From assembly GCA_018651085.1 (NCBI GenBank), contig JABIEQ010000014.1, forward strand, positions 15,178 to 79,177: a DNA stretch of 64,000 nucleotides, in the 5' to 3' direction. This stretch comes from Candidatus Magasanikiibacteriota bacterium (GTDB lineage: Bacteria > Patescibacteriota > Patescibacteriia > Magasanikbacterales > UBA922). Below the pieces are notes generated by a model. That model saw only the letters and a list, made by a program, of their open reading frames with translations. It did no database searches and was not told the origin of the DNA. Position 1 is the first letter of the stretch. Each line of letters opens with the position of its first letter. Below, one piece after another: positions 1 to 11,540 of the stretch. Made by a program: the position numbers and the translations under genes.

Positions 1-305
1 CCAGCCTGGAACGCCACTTCGAGCATACTCGAGATGGCCTCGAGGGTGTGACGCTGAAGATCCTTAGCTGAGAGATCCGACAACTTGAACCTCCCGATGA
101 TGCGCATGAGGATCAAGAAGTCAGGGCCCTTCTTGATAAACTCAGTGAGAAACTCAGCTACGGGCCCCTCTGTGACCTCAAAAATACCAATGAGGCCTGT
201 CTCATTGATTTTTCCCACCGTAGGAGGTTCATCTGCATTTTCCCAGACCGGGAGGACCCGCCAGCCATGATCTCTACTCCGTATGATTGCAAATTCCCTT
301 TTCAC
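1..305 (-). CDS. hypothetical protein, 5' part only (runs off window start); G+C-rich relative to neighbours
   Basis: Open frame on the minus strand from GTG at 303-305 to the window edge, with an AAGGAG Shine-Dalgarno 5 nt upstream (rc of 311-316). Not in the ORF track because no stop lies in the window. Translation VKREFAIIRSRDHGWRVLPVWENADEPPTVGKINETGLIGIFEVTEGPV... has no family I recognise. Confidence 0.4.
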   Translation of the reverse strand, partial: MKREFAIIRSRDHGWRVLPVWENADEPPTVGKINETGLIGIFEVTEGPVAEFLTEFIKKGPDFLILMRIIGRFKLSDLSAKDLQRHTLEAISSMLEVAFQA

Positions 306-392
306 AACTTCTCCTTGGCTCGTTGAGCCTACCGCCTTGGTCAGGAAATGGGCGGATATAAAAATATACTATAATAAGGGAAAAAGATCAAT

Positions 393-821
393 ATGTCTAT
401 AAAAACAGTAACTATTCTCGGATGTCTTACTCTTGCAATGCTCGGGTTTGGGTGTACCCCTGTAGAAGACACAAAGATAGTAGAAAAGGAGGTTCTTTTA
501 GAGTATTCTCGAGTTGGAGGCATTGCAGGGTTTTTAGACAACATAATCATTTTTTCAAACGGTGATGTTGAAGGAGAAACCCGTAAGGGGAAACATACGA
601 CATCTTTAGGGTTAGAAGATATTCAAGCATTAACAGTGTTTGTAAAAGGGAAACACTACACAAAGGAACCTCCACAAGTAGAGCAAGATGTTTGTTGTGA
701 TATCTTATATGTAGACTATTATGTGTATGATAAAAACCAAAAGGTGCGCATCAAAGAAGAAGAAAACATACGCTTGTTAATAGCAAAAATAGTTGAAGAA
801 CCTTTAAAAGATATTAATTAA
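393..821 (+). CDS. small putative lipoprotein (signal peptide ending MLGFGC), paralog of the next gene
   Basis: N-terminus MSIKTVTILGCLTLAMLGFGC resembles a lipobox. A TATAAT -10 at about 370-375 and a purine-rich RBS lie upstream. There is a CC motif near the C-terminus. Confidence 0.5.
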   Translation: MSIKTVTILGCLTLAMLGFGCTPVEDTKIVEKEVLLEYSRVGGIAGFLDNIIIFSNGDVEGETRKGKHTTSLGLEDIQALTVFVKGKHYTKEPPQVEQDVCCDILYVDYYVYDKNQKVRIKEEENIRLLIAKIVEEPLKDIN

Positions 822-834
822 AAAAGAAAATGCT

Positions 835-1290
835 ATGTCTATAAAAACATCCATAGTAGTAGGAATATGTGCAATTGTTATGCTCGGATTTGGGTGTGCG
901 CCAGTAGAACAAAAAGAAGTCATTATGATGCTTGAGGTTTCTGCTGCAGTCGGATTTCCTGATCTCGTCAAGATTTATTCAGATGGAGAAACAAGGTGGC
1001 ACGGAAGAGCCTCTGGGTATCACACAACCGAATTAACACAAGAAGATATAAAAGAAATTAAAAGACTCATAAAAGAAAAAGACTATACAAAAGAAGACCC
1101 AACGATAAAAGGCGGAGAAAGCTGTTGTGAAGAAAATTTCCATGTACGTTATCAGGTCCTTGAAGGAGAGGAAAAAATACAAATAGAAAAAAATGAACTA
1201 CTCGAAAGAATAATGGAAGACATATATAGACAACGGTCAGAGGACATATTTAATCCAGATACAGGTACGTGGGAAAAAGCAAGCAAGTAA
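835..1290 (+). CDS. small putative lipoprotein, tandem paralog of 393..821
   Basis: It has the same MSIKT...MLGFGC N-terminus and a YTKE-P...CC motif shared with the upstream gene. Confidence 0.5.
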   Translation: MSIKTSIVVGICAIVMLGFGCAPVEQKEVIMMLEVSAAVGFPDLVKIYSDGETRWHGRASGYHTTELTQEDIKEIKRLIKEKDYTKEDPTIKGGESCCEENFHVRYQVLEGEEKIQIEKNELLERIMEDIYRQRSEDIFNPDTGTWEKASK

Positions 1291-1297
1291 TACTGCT

Positions 1298-2049
1298 ATG
1301 GATACTATTTCAATAATACTTGTCATCCTTCTTGGGCTTTCTTGTGGAAGTTTTATCAATGCTTGGATATATAGGACAGAAAAGAAAGAATCTCTGTTAG
1401 GACGCTCACACTGTCCTACATGTAATATAGAACTAAGTTGGAGGGATAATATTCCTGTGATAAGTTTTATTGTTTTAAAAAAACAATGTAGACATTGCAA
1501 GAAGAGTATCTCTTGGCAATACCCCATAATAGAATTATGGACCATGTTTGCTTTTATCTATACATTTGTGACACATGATCTACAGTTTACGCCAGAACTC
1601 GTAAGAGATGGGTATATCGTTATTCTCCTCACCTTTATATTTGTATATGATCTTAAGTATCAGTACATTTTAGATAAAATCACACTTCCAGCCATTAGTA
1701 TTCTTATTGTATTAAACCTCATATTTTCATGGATGAGCCCTACAAACATGCTTATATCAATTGCTGTCGGTGGTGGGTTTTTTCTGTTACAATATGTGGT
1801 ATCAAAGGGGCGGTGGATTGGTGGAGGAGATATTCGTCTAGGTGTACTTATGGGCGTTATATTGGGGTGGCCATACGTCATCGTTGGTATATTTTTAGCC
1901 TATATCATCGGCCTTATTACTGTTACGCCACTACTTCTCGCTCGTAAGAAACATATGGGGGAACAAATTCCCTTTGGAACATATCTAAGTGTAGCAACAC
2001 TTATTTGTATGTTTCATGGGGAATATTTACTTACCACATATCTTTCATT

Positions 2050-2062
<13 letters not shown>
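1298..2062 (+). CDS. pilD: type IV prepilin leader peptidase (A24 family)
   Basis: N-terminal zinc-binding CPTC...CRHC tetracysteine, polytopic membrane body and a GGGDIRLG motif typical of PilD/A24 peptidases. Confidence 0.8.
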
Positions 2063-4558
<2,496 letters not shown>

Positions 4559-4569
4559 AATAAACAAAA

Positions 4570-4590
4570 CCACCAGCCCAAAGCTGGTGG
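4570..4590 (+). terminator. stem-loop after ligA (ccaccagc-ccaaa-gctggtgg)
   Basis: An 8-bp perfect GC-rich stem lies immediately after the ligA stop, followed by T-rich sequence. Confidence 0.5.
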
Positions 4591-4601
4591 TCTATTATAT
4601 A

Positions 4602-4751
4602 GGGGGCTCAGTGTGCTGAATTGGACCCCCATTTCCAATCAAGCCTTGGAGGACAGGGCAGAGCGATCGCGAGGATCACGTGCAATTCGGAGAGATCCAC
4701 CATAAGGAGGAGATACCGAGGGGCATTATTTAAGACCTGAGCACACTGAAC
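4602..4751 (+). ncRNA. G+C-rich structured element of unknown class between ligA and gatC
   Basis: No ORF. The 5' segment gctcagtgtgctgaa (4606-4620) is complementary to cctgagcacactgaac (4736-4751), which closes a ~130-nt domain containing GGGGG/CCCCC, a gcgatcgc palindrome and paired ggatc/gatcc segments. It is G+C-rich against an A+T-rich background. No SRP, 6S or tmRNA signature motifs were found. Confidence 0.4.
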
Positions 4752-4838
4752 GTATATGTACAATAGCAATGTAGAATAAGGTCTGTCAAGGAAATATCAC
4801 ACCTTGTAAGTAAGAAGAATGTCTAGTATACTTTTCAT

Positions 4839-5144
4839 ATGAAACTAACAGAAAAAGACATCGAAAAGATCGCTTTACTAGCAAGATTAGAACTTAGTGA
4901 AGAAGAAAAGACCATGTACGCCGGGCAACTCTCGGTGGTTTTAGATTATGTAGAAATGCTAAATGAAGTGGATACAACCATGGTAGAAGAAACCTGTCAG
5001 GTGACAGGATTAGAAGATGTGTTTAGAGAAGACGAAGTAGAAGAAGAAAGTAATGAAACAAAAGAAAAAATTATTGAACAATTTCCACAAAAAGTAGGCC
5101 GACTTTTAAAAGTACAAGCAGTATTTGATAAAAGAAAGAAATAG
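4839..5144 (+). CDS. gatC: Asp-tRNA(Asn)/Glu-tRNA(Gln) amidotransferase subunit C
   Basis: About 100 aa, beginning MKLTEKDIEKIALLARLELSEEEK, with the characteristic GatC length and sequence, immediately upstream of gatA. Confidence 0.85.
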   Translation: MKLTEKDIEKIALLARLELSEEEKTMYAGQLSVVLDYVEMLNEVDTTMVEETCQVTGLEDVFREDEVEEESNETKEKIIEQFPQKVGRLLKVQAVFDKRKK

Positions 5145-5150
5145 ATAAAG

Positions 5151-6584
5151 ATGGAACTTAATGCACTTACAATCAAACAAGCCACTACAGGACTCCAAAA
5201 TAAGGAGTTTTCTTCAGTTGAATTGACATCTGCATGCATTAATCGCATTAAAAAGAGAAATAGTGACATTAATGCATTTATTAGTGTGACTGAAGATGAA
5301 GCGATGGACGCTGCAAAAAAAGCGGATGAAGCAATAAAAAATGGAAGTAGTAAAACCCTTACAGGTATCCCATTTGGAGTAAAGGACGCCATTTGTGTTA
5401 AAGACATCCGGTCAACTGGAGGCGCAAAAATTCTTGATACCTATACACCTCCACATACAGCAACCGTTATAGAAAAGATTTTATCTGAAGGTGCTGTTCT
5501 CGTTGGAAAGCAAAACTGCGATGCTTTTGGGCATGGAGCAAGTAATGAGAACTCCATGTATGGGCCAGTTAAAAATCCTCATGATACAACAAAGGTAGCC
5601 GGAGGTTCTTCAGGTGGCTCAGCTGCCGCACTTGCTGACAATCAATGCCTTTTTTCTATTGCAGAAGACACTGGTGGATCAATTCGTCAACCAGCGAGTC
5701 TTTGTGGTGTTGCGGGTCTTCGCCCAAGTTATGGGAGAAATTCGAGGTACGGGATCATGCCAATGGCAAGTTCTTTAGATACTGTGGGACCAATGGCAAA
5801 AACAATAGAGGATATTGCTATATTGATGGAAGTTATGGCCGGAAACGATAAAAAAGACGCCACAACGGTAAATCAAGAAGTGCCAATGTACACAAAAGAG
5901 ATAATAAAAGACATTTCAGGCATGAAAATTGGGGTTCCAAAAGAATACATGGAACTTGAAGGTATGGATGAAGAAGTGAAACATATCATTGAAAAACAAA
6001 TTGAAGCATTAAAAAAGATGGGATGTAAGATAGAGCCCATTTCTTTACCACATACAAAATATGCTGTTCCTGTGTATTACATTGTAGTTCCGAGTGAAGA
6101 CAGTTCAAACATGGGAAGACTTGATGCTATTAGATATGGGGTTCAAGAAAAAGGGGATTCTCTTTATGACGTATATGCAAACAGTAGACGTAATGGTTTT
6201 CCAGAAGAAGTAAAAAGACGGATCATGGTTGGAACATATGCCCTTTCAGCTGGATACTATGATGCGTATTATAAAAAAGCACAAAAAGTACGAACCCTTA
6301 TTAGACAAGATTTTGAGAATGCCTTTTCAAAGGTAGACCTTTTAGTAACACCAACGTCTCCTTTTCCTGCATTTGGTCTTGGTGAAAAAAAAGATGATAT
6401 TATTTCAATGTATTTAGCTGATGTGTTTGTAAGTCCAGGGGCAGTTGCTGGTATCCCAGGATTATCTGTTCCCGTTGGGAACACTAAAGCAAGACTTCCT
6501 GTGGGTCTTCAAGTAATGGGACCACGGTTAGCAGAAGGAAGAGTATTACAACTTGGGCACCATATTCAACAAGCACAATCATAA
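5151..6584 (+). CDS. gatA: Asp-tRNA(Asn)/Glu-tRNA(Gln) amidotransferase subunit A
   Basis: Amidase signature GGSSGGSAAALA and a Ser-cisSer-Lys region, 477 aa, adjacent to gatC. Confidence 0.9.
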   Translation: MELNALTIKQATTGLQNKEFSSVELTSACINRIKKRNSDINAFISVTEDEAMDAAKKADEAIKNGSSKTLTGIPFGVKDAICVKDIRSTGGAKILDTYTPPHTATVIEKILSEGAVLVGKQNCDAFGHGASNENSMYGPVKNPHDTTKVAGGSSGGSAAALADNQCLFSIAEDTGGSIRQPASLCGVAGLRPSYGRNSRYGIMPMASSLDTVGPMAKTIEDIAILMEVMAGNDKKDATTVNQEVPMYTKEIIKDISGMKIGVPKEYMELEGMDEEVKHIIEKQIEALKKMGCKIEPISLPHTKYAVPVYYIVVPSEDSSNMGRLDAIRYGVQEKGDSLYDVYANSRRNGFPEEVKRRIMVGTYALSAGYYDAYYKKAQKVRTLIRQDFENAFSKVDLLVTPTSPFPAFGLGEKKDDIISMYLADVFVSPGAVAGIPGLSVPVGNTKARLPVGLQVMGPRLAEGRVLQLGHHIQQAQS

Positions 6585-6591
6585 ACATACT

Positions 6592-7941
6592 ATGAAAAAA
6601 GACGACATTAAAAAAATGGAAGAACAAGCAATTCGGACATTTGGGTATACACTTAATGAAAATAAAGATTATAGAGAGCCATGGAGAATTTTTCGTATCA
6701 TGGCGGAGTTTGTAGAAGGGTATGAGTTTTTAACAAATTTAGAAAAAGAAGTAACCATTTTAGGATCAGCAAGGCTTCCAGAAGGAAGTAAATATTATGA
6801 ACTTGCAAGAGAACTCGGAGGAATACTCGCAAAAAACGGATTTACCACACTCACTGGTGGTGGGCCTGGAATTATGGAAGCAGGGAATAGGGGAGCCTTT
6901 GAAGCTGGTGGAAATTCAGTTGGATTAAATATTCAACTTCCTTTTGAACAAGTAATAAATCCTTACGTTAAAAAATCAACGTCATTTAATTACTTTTTTA
7001 CAAGAAAAGTAATGTTAACGTCCCCTGCACATGCGTTTGTCTATTTTCCAGGAGGATTTGGAACACTTGATGAGTTATTTGAAGTAGTAGATAACATAGA
7101 GCTTCGATTTATGGAGAGTGCGCCTATTATTCTTGTAGGAAAAGAATTTTGGGAACCAGTTATTGAGTTTCTTCTAGGCAGTTGTGGAAGTGTTGGGTCA
7201 GTACCAAAAGAAGAAGTGGAAAAATGGCACATCGTTGATACTGCTGAAGAAGCGTTTGAATTTATTAAGGATGTAAAAGAAGTGAAAACATGTTCACTTT
7301 CACCAACAAGTTTTCATTGTGAAAAAAATATTGATTGGAAAATTTTTAGAATCATGTCAGAACTAGTTGAAGGGTTTGAGTTTGTTACAGGAAAGACAAA
7401 TGCTGTGACAGTTCTTGGAACAAAAAGTATTACTCCTGATAATGAGTATTATGAAGCAGCGTATCGTGTAGGGAAAACACTCGCAGAACACAAATATGAT
7501 GTGTTAACTGGGGGGAAAACTGGTGTGGCAGAAGGGACAAATAAAGGAGCCTTTGAAGCAGGGGGAAATTCTGTTGGCATCGGTATGCGCGTTGCGGGGC
7601 ATGATATGGTAAATCCATATCTAAGTAGCTCAATTCTTTTCAATTTCCCATTTACAAGAAAGCTGATTATTACTGCGCCAACAAAAGCCTTCGTATTTTT
7701 TCCAGGAGGATTTGGAACACTCCATCAGTTATTTGAAATACTTACACTGATTCAAACAAAGAAAATGGAGAAAATTCCAATCATTCTTTTTAATCATAAG
7801 TTTTGGGAACCAATGCATAAGTTTATTAAAGAAACATTGGTGCATAAAATGAAGACTGTGGGGGATAAAGACGACGAATTATATCAAATTGTAGATAATG
7901 AAGAAAGTATTATAAGGGTAATAGAAGAATACTACGCATAA
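6592..7941 (+). CDS. tandem-duplicated LOG-family (TIGR00730, Rossmann-fold lysine-decarboxylase-like) protein
   Basis: Two consecutive copies of the LOG motifs: GGGPGIMEAGNRGAFEAGG...PGGFGTLDELFE and GGKTGVAEGTNKGAFEAGG...PGGFGTLHQLFE. Start set at the ATG just after the gatA stop. Confidence 0.7.
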   Translation: MKKDDIKKMEEQAIRTFGYTLNENKDYREPWRIFRIMAEFVEGYEFLTNLEKEVTILGSARLPEGSKYYELARELGGILAKNGFTTLTGGGPGIMEAGNRGAFEAGGNSVGLNIQLPFEQVINPYVKKSTSFNYFFTRKVMLTSPAHAFVYFPGGFGTLDELFEVVDNIELRFMESAPIILVGKEFWEPVIEFLLGSCGSVGSVPKEEVEKWHIVDTAEEAFEFIKDVKEVKTCSLSPTSFHCEKNIDWKIFRIMSELVEGFEFVTGKTNAVTVLGTKSITPDNEYYEAAYRVGKTLAEHKYDVLTGGKTGVAEGTNKGAFEAGGNSVGIGMRVAGHDMVNPYLSSSILFNFPFTRKLIITAPTKAFVFFPGGFGTLHQLFEILTLIQTKKMEKIPIILFNHKFWEPMHKFIKETLVHKMKTVGDKDDELYQIVDNEESIIRVIEEYYA

Positions 7942-7943
7942 AT

Positions 7944-8708
7944 ATGATTCCTTGGATTCACTACAACGTTATTAACATTGGCCCTCTACCTATTCAGGTA
8001 TGGGGGTTGTTTGTTGCTATAGGCCTTATTGTATCAGTAGCAATCATTACAAAACGTGCCCCAAAAATGGGACTACAAAAAGAACAAATCCTTGATATGG
8101 TTATTTGGGCTTTGTTTGGTGGATTTATTATGTCGAGAATATTTCACATTGCTTTATATGAACCAGGCTTTTATATTGCCAACCCTCTAGAAATGGTAAA
8201 AGTATGGCAAGGAGGATTATCTTCCTTTGGTGGTGTCGCAGGTGCAGCCTTGGGTATCCTTCTTTACGCAAAAAGAAAAGGAATAGTCATAAAAACATTA
8301 CTCCCAACGATAGATCTATTGAGTTTTTCAGCCCTTTTTGGATGGATCTTTGGGCGGATTGGATGCTTTTTAATTCATGATCATCCTGGAACGCTTTCTC
8401 ATAGCTTTCTTGCTGTGAAAAATCCAAATGGATCAAGGTTAGACATGGCATTTTTAGAAATATTGGCACTGTTGCCGTTAGTTGTATTTTTTATACTAAC
8501 AAGAAAGAAAAAATACCCAGAAGGATTCTATACAGCTATACTATTTATATACTACGGCATAACACGCATAGTATTAGATTTTTTTAGAGCAACTGATGTC
8601 TCTCATGCTGATGTACGCTATCTTGGATTGACGCCTGGGCAATACATTGCTATTGTCATGGTACTTTTTGGTATAGCAATATACATAAGAAAAGTACATA
8701 AAAAGTAG
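7944..8708 (+). CDS. lgt: prolipoprotein diacylglyceryl transferase
   Basis: Polytopic membrane protein with the Lgt-like N-terminus (IGPLPIQVWGLFVAIG) and a GRIGCFLIHDHPG motif, 254 aa. Confidence 0.7.
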   Translation: MIPWIHYNVINIGPLPIQVWGLFVAIGLIVSVAIITKRAPKMGLQKEQILDMVIWALFGGFIMSRIFHIALYEPGFYIANPLEMVKVWQGGLSSFGGVAGAALGILLYAKRKGIVIKTLLPTIDLLSFSALFGWIFGRIGCFLIHDHPGTLSHSFLAVKNPNGSRLDMAFLEILALLPLVVFFILTRKKKYPEGFYTAILFIYYGITRIVLDFFRATDVSHADVRYLGLTPGQYIAIVMVLFGIAIYIRKVHKK

Positions 8709-8798
8709 GGAAGGATGGCTGAGTGGTCGAAAGCGCTTGCTTGGAAAGCAAGTGTACGAGAAATCGTACCGTGGGTTCGAATCCCGCTCCTTCCGCCA
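8709..8798 (+). tRNA. tRNA-Ser (anticodon GGA), CCA encoded
   Basis: Cloverleaf readable: acceptor GGAAGGA/TCCTTCC, anticodon loop TTGGAAA, long variable arm, T-loop GGTTCGAATCC, 3' GCCA. Confidence 0.9.
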
Positions 8799-8807
8799 AT
8801 ATAGAAT

Positions 8808-9395
8808 ATGAATATCACTTTATACCAAATTATATTTGACTGGGGAGGAGTATTAGCTCCAGATGATTCTTTGCTTGCCGCAGAACACCTTTCAAAAAAG
8901 TACAAATGTGATTATGAAGAATTACGAAAAGTGCTCTGGGATGAAGAGGGCTTTTCTGAAGGAAAAAATGAAGAAGGATATTTTAAAAAAATACTAGAGA
9001 AATTTCCTATACCAAAAGAAGAGATTATAGAATGGAAAAACAAAGCGCTTCCAAATGACACCTTCACTTTTTGTCATAAGTTGAAAAAGAAAGGATATAC
9101 AGTACACCTTCTATCAGACCAGATGCAATGGAGAGCTGACTTTATAAGAAATAACTTTGATTTGCAATGTTTTGATCAAATAATGTTTTCTTCTGAAATT
9201 GGACATATAAAAAAAGAAAAGGAAGCATTTTTGTGTATGATAAATGCAGGAAGAATAGATCTTAAAAAAGCAGTATTTGTTGATGATTCTAAATGTAAAA
9301 TAGCCGTAGCAAAAGAAGTTGGGTTAGATGCTATTTTGTATATAAATCTACCTGATTTGAAAAAACAATTACATAAAAGAGGGATTACTATATAA
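8808..9395 (+). CDS. HAD-superfamily hydrolase-like protein
   Basis: Motif I-like FDWGGVL at the N-terminus and a VFVDDS motif near the C-terminus. The second Asp of DxD is replaced, so the call is tentative. Confidence 0.45.
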   Translation: MNITLYQIIFDWGGVLAPDDSLLAAEHLSKKYKCDYEELRKVLWDEEGFSEGKNEEGYFKKILEKFPIPKEEIIEWKNKALPNDTFTFCHKLKKKGYTVHLLSDQMQWRADFIRNNFDLQCFDQIMFSSEIGHIKKEKEAFLCMINAGRIDLKKAVFVDDSKCKIAVAKEVGLDAILYINLPDLKKQLHKRGITI

Positions 9396-9499
9396 GGTGA
9401 TTCTTTTTTAAATATAAGATATTTTGTATACTAAGGGAGTCTTTAATTATGTACAAGAAAATAAATAAAATATAGAGTTTAATAAATTATTTTATCCAT

Positions 9500-10216
9500 A
9501 TGAAAAATAAAGTAAGCATTATCCTTGGAATGTGTGCTATCACATTATTTGTAGGGGTTGGTTGTAATTGGCATTTTGAGGTAGGAAAAGATCTAAACCA
9601 AGAAGAAAATGATGAAGAAATTGTAGAGAGCCTGAAAGAAGAACCTCAAGCCATAGAAGAAAACATAGTAATACCAGAAAATGAAGTAATAAAAGAAATA
9701 ATACAAGAAGCTGTTAAAGAAGAAAATGTAGAAATCAAAAATGCAGTATGTAAAACATTAGATTGTTTTATGGAATTGGCAAACGATTGTAAAAAAGGGG
9801 AAGTTACTCATTATTATAGCGTGCCATTTTTACTAGGTGATGGGGTAAATATGACAGGTATAAATAGATACGTACTTCATGGGAGAGATAAAAACAAACA
9901 ATGTACCTTTACACAGCAATCACAAGGTTCTGAAGCTAAAATTTCAATAGAAGGTAGAGAAAAGGCTTTAGCCGAAGGATTCACAAACGAAGAAGTTGAT
10001 GCTCAAATAGAAGCCATAAATGGAGCATTAAATGATCCGGCTCTTTTAGAGAGTATTATGACATGTAGAGGAGCAGAAAAAGACATCATTACTTACTTAC
10101 AAAATACACAACAAGGGATTGGGAAAACCTCTTGTTCATTTGATTTTGGAAAAGACGAAACAGTATGTATTGTAGAACCTAATTTATCGTGTATTACAAA
10201 GATAACAACAAAATAG
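9500..10216 (+). CDS. Cys-rich putative lipoprotein, hypothetical
   Basis: Signal peptide with lipobox-like FVGVGC, an acidic low-complexity linker and several Cys residues. Confidence 0.5.
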   Translation: MKNKVSIILGMCAITLFVGVGCNWHFEVGKDLNQEENDEEIVESLKEEPQAIEENIVIPENEVIKEIIQEAVKEENVEIKNAVCKTLDCFMELANDCKKGEVTHYYSVPFLLGDGVNMTGINRYVLHGRDKNKQCTFTQQSQGSEAKISIEGREKALAEGFTNEEVDAQIEAINGALNDPALLESIMTCRGAEKDIITYLQNTQQGIGKTSCSFDFGKDETVCIVEPNLSCITKITTK

Positions 10217-10241
10217 AAGGTGGACTCTAACAGTAAGAAAC

Positions 10242-10547
10242 ATGAAGTATAATAAGCTTGTACGAGATAATATTCCAGAAATTATTAAAGCAAATGGGGA
10301 GGCTTCAATGATTCACATCGCAGGAGAAACAGAATATAAAGAAAAACTCATTGAAAAACTACAAGAAGAAGTAGATGAATTTATAAAAGATAACTCAAAA
10401 GAAGAGCTTGCTGACATTCTTGAAGTTATTTATGCCTTAGGAGATCTGTATGAGATTAAAAAAGAAGAACTTGAAAAAATACGACAGATTAAAGCAGAAA
10501 AAAGAGGAACATTCACAAAAAGAATCATTTTAGAAGAAACAACATAA
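10242..10547 (+). CDS. MazG-like nucleoside triphosphate pyrophosphohydrolase (small all-alpha NTP-PPase)
   Basis: N-terminus KLVRDNIPEII and EExxE/D acidic helices typical of ~100-aa MazG/HisE-like pyrophosphohydrolases. Confidence 0.55.
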   Translation: MKYNKLVRDNIPEIIKANGEASMIHIAGETEYKEKLIEKLQEEVDEFIKDNSKEELADILEVIYALGDLYEIKKEELEKIRQIKAEKRGTFTKRIILEETT

Positions 10548-10566
10548 GTATTAAAAAGAGTAAAGT

Positions 10567-11376
10567 ATGAAAAAAACGATACTTATCACCGGGGCATCAA
10601 CTGGTATTGGAAAAGAAGTGGCCTTATATTTTGCTAAAAAAGGTTGGCATGTTGCGGCAACCATGAGAAGTCCAGAAAAACATTCTTTTAAACATACAAC
10701 AATTAAAAAATACAAACTAGATGTTACAGACCAACATTCTATAAAAGATACAATACAAAAAGTAATTCAGGAATTAGGTTCTATTGATGTTATTGTAAAC
10801 AATGCTGGTTACGGAGCACTTGGTATTTTCGAAAAAGCAACGACAGAACAAATTCAAAAACAATTTGAAGTAAACGTTTTTGGGGTCATGAATGTGATTC
10901 GTCATACATTACCACATTTCAAAAAGAAAAAAGCAGGTCTTATTATAAACATTTCTTCAATGGCTGGATTATTAGGTATACCAATGTACAGTGTATATCA
11001 TGGATCTAAATGGGCACTTGAAGGATTTACTGAATCATTACAATTTGAACTACAACCATTTAATATACAGGTTAAAAACGTAGAACCCGGAGCAATTAAA
11101 ACAGACTTTTATACACGTTCTCAAGAAGTATTCACCAATGAGAGTATTAAAGGGTATGATACCTATGAAGCAATAATTAAAGGTGTGATAAAAAAAACAG
11201 GAGAAACTGCCCCAGGACCAAAAACGGTAGCAGAAGTAGTATATAAAGCCGCAACTGATGGAAAAAATCGTTTGCGGTACCCCGTAGGAAAAAAAATCTG
11301 GTCGCTATTACTTGCAAAAAAATTATTGCCAAATCGAGTATTCTTTTTTATAGTGAAACAAATGATGAGGAGATGA
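10567..11376 (+). CDS. short-chain dehydrogenase/reductase (SDR)
   Basis: TGASTGIG Rossmann motif, NNAG, and the catalytic YxxxK (YHGSK). Confidence 0.85.
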   Translation: MKKTILITGASTGIGKEVALYFAKKGWHVAATMRSPEKHSFKHTTIKKYKLDVTDQHSIKDTIQKVIQELGSIDVIVNNAGYGALGIFEKATTEQIQKQFEVNVFGVMNVIRHTLPHFKKKKAGLIINISSMAGLLGIPMYSVYHGSKWALEGFTESLQFELQPFNIQVKNVEPGAIKTDFYTRSQEVFTNESIKGYDTYEAIIKGVIKKTGETAPGPKTVAEVVYKAATDGKNRLRYPVGKKIWSLLLAKKLLPNRVFFFIVKQMMRR

Positions 11377-11540
11377 AAGACGTAAAAAACGTCGTGAAAT
11401 GGATACAAAAAAATCATCACAAGATACTTTAAAGAAAAAGGATGCTCTGTTGTTTTTATAACTTTATGGTATACTTATCCCATTAGTATAAAATTAATCA
11501 TTCTCTAAAGAACCCTCTTTAGCTTTTTAAATACACCTAT

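Noticed and set aside
85-270. ORF 85..270 (+) and many other short antisense ORFs in the track (e.g. 3010..3270-, 12142..12727-, 25403..26242-, 50016..50336-)
   Set aside because: They lie antisense to or overlap well-supported genes, have low-complexity or skewed composition, and lack RBS context. Treated as spurious.
4602-4751. SRP (4.5S) RNA
   Set aside because: The start GGGGGCUC resembles 4.5S, but the conserved domain IV (GGAA tetraloop with AGG/AGCAG symmetric loop) is not present.
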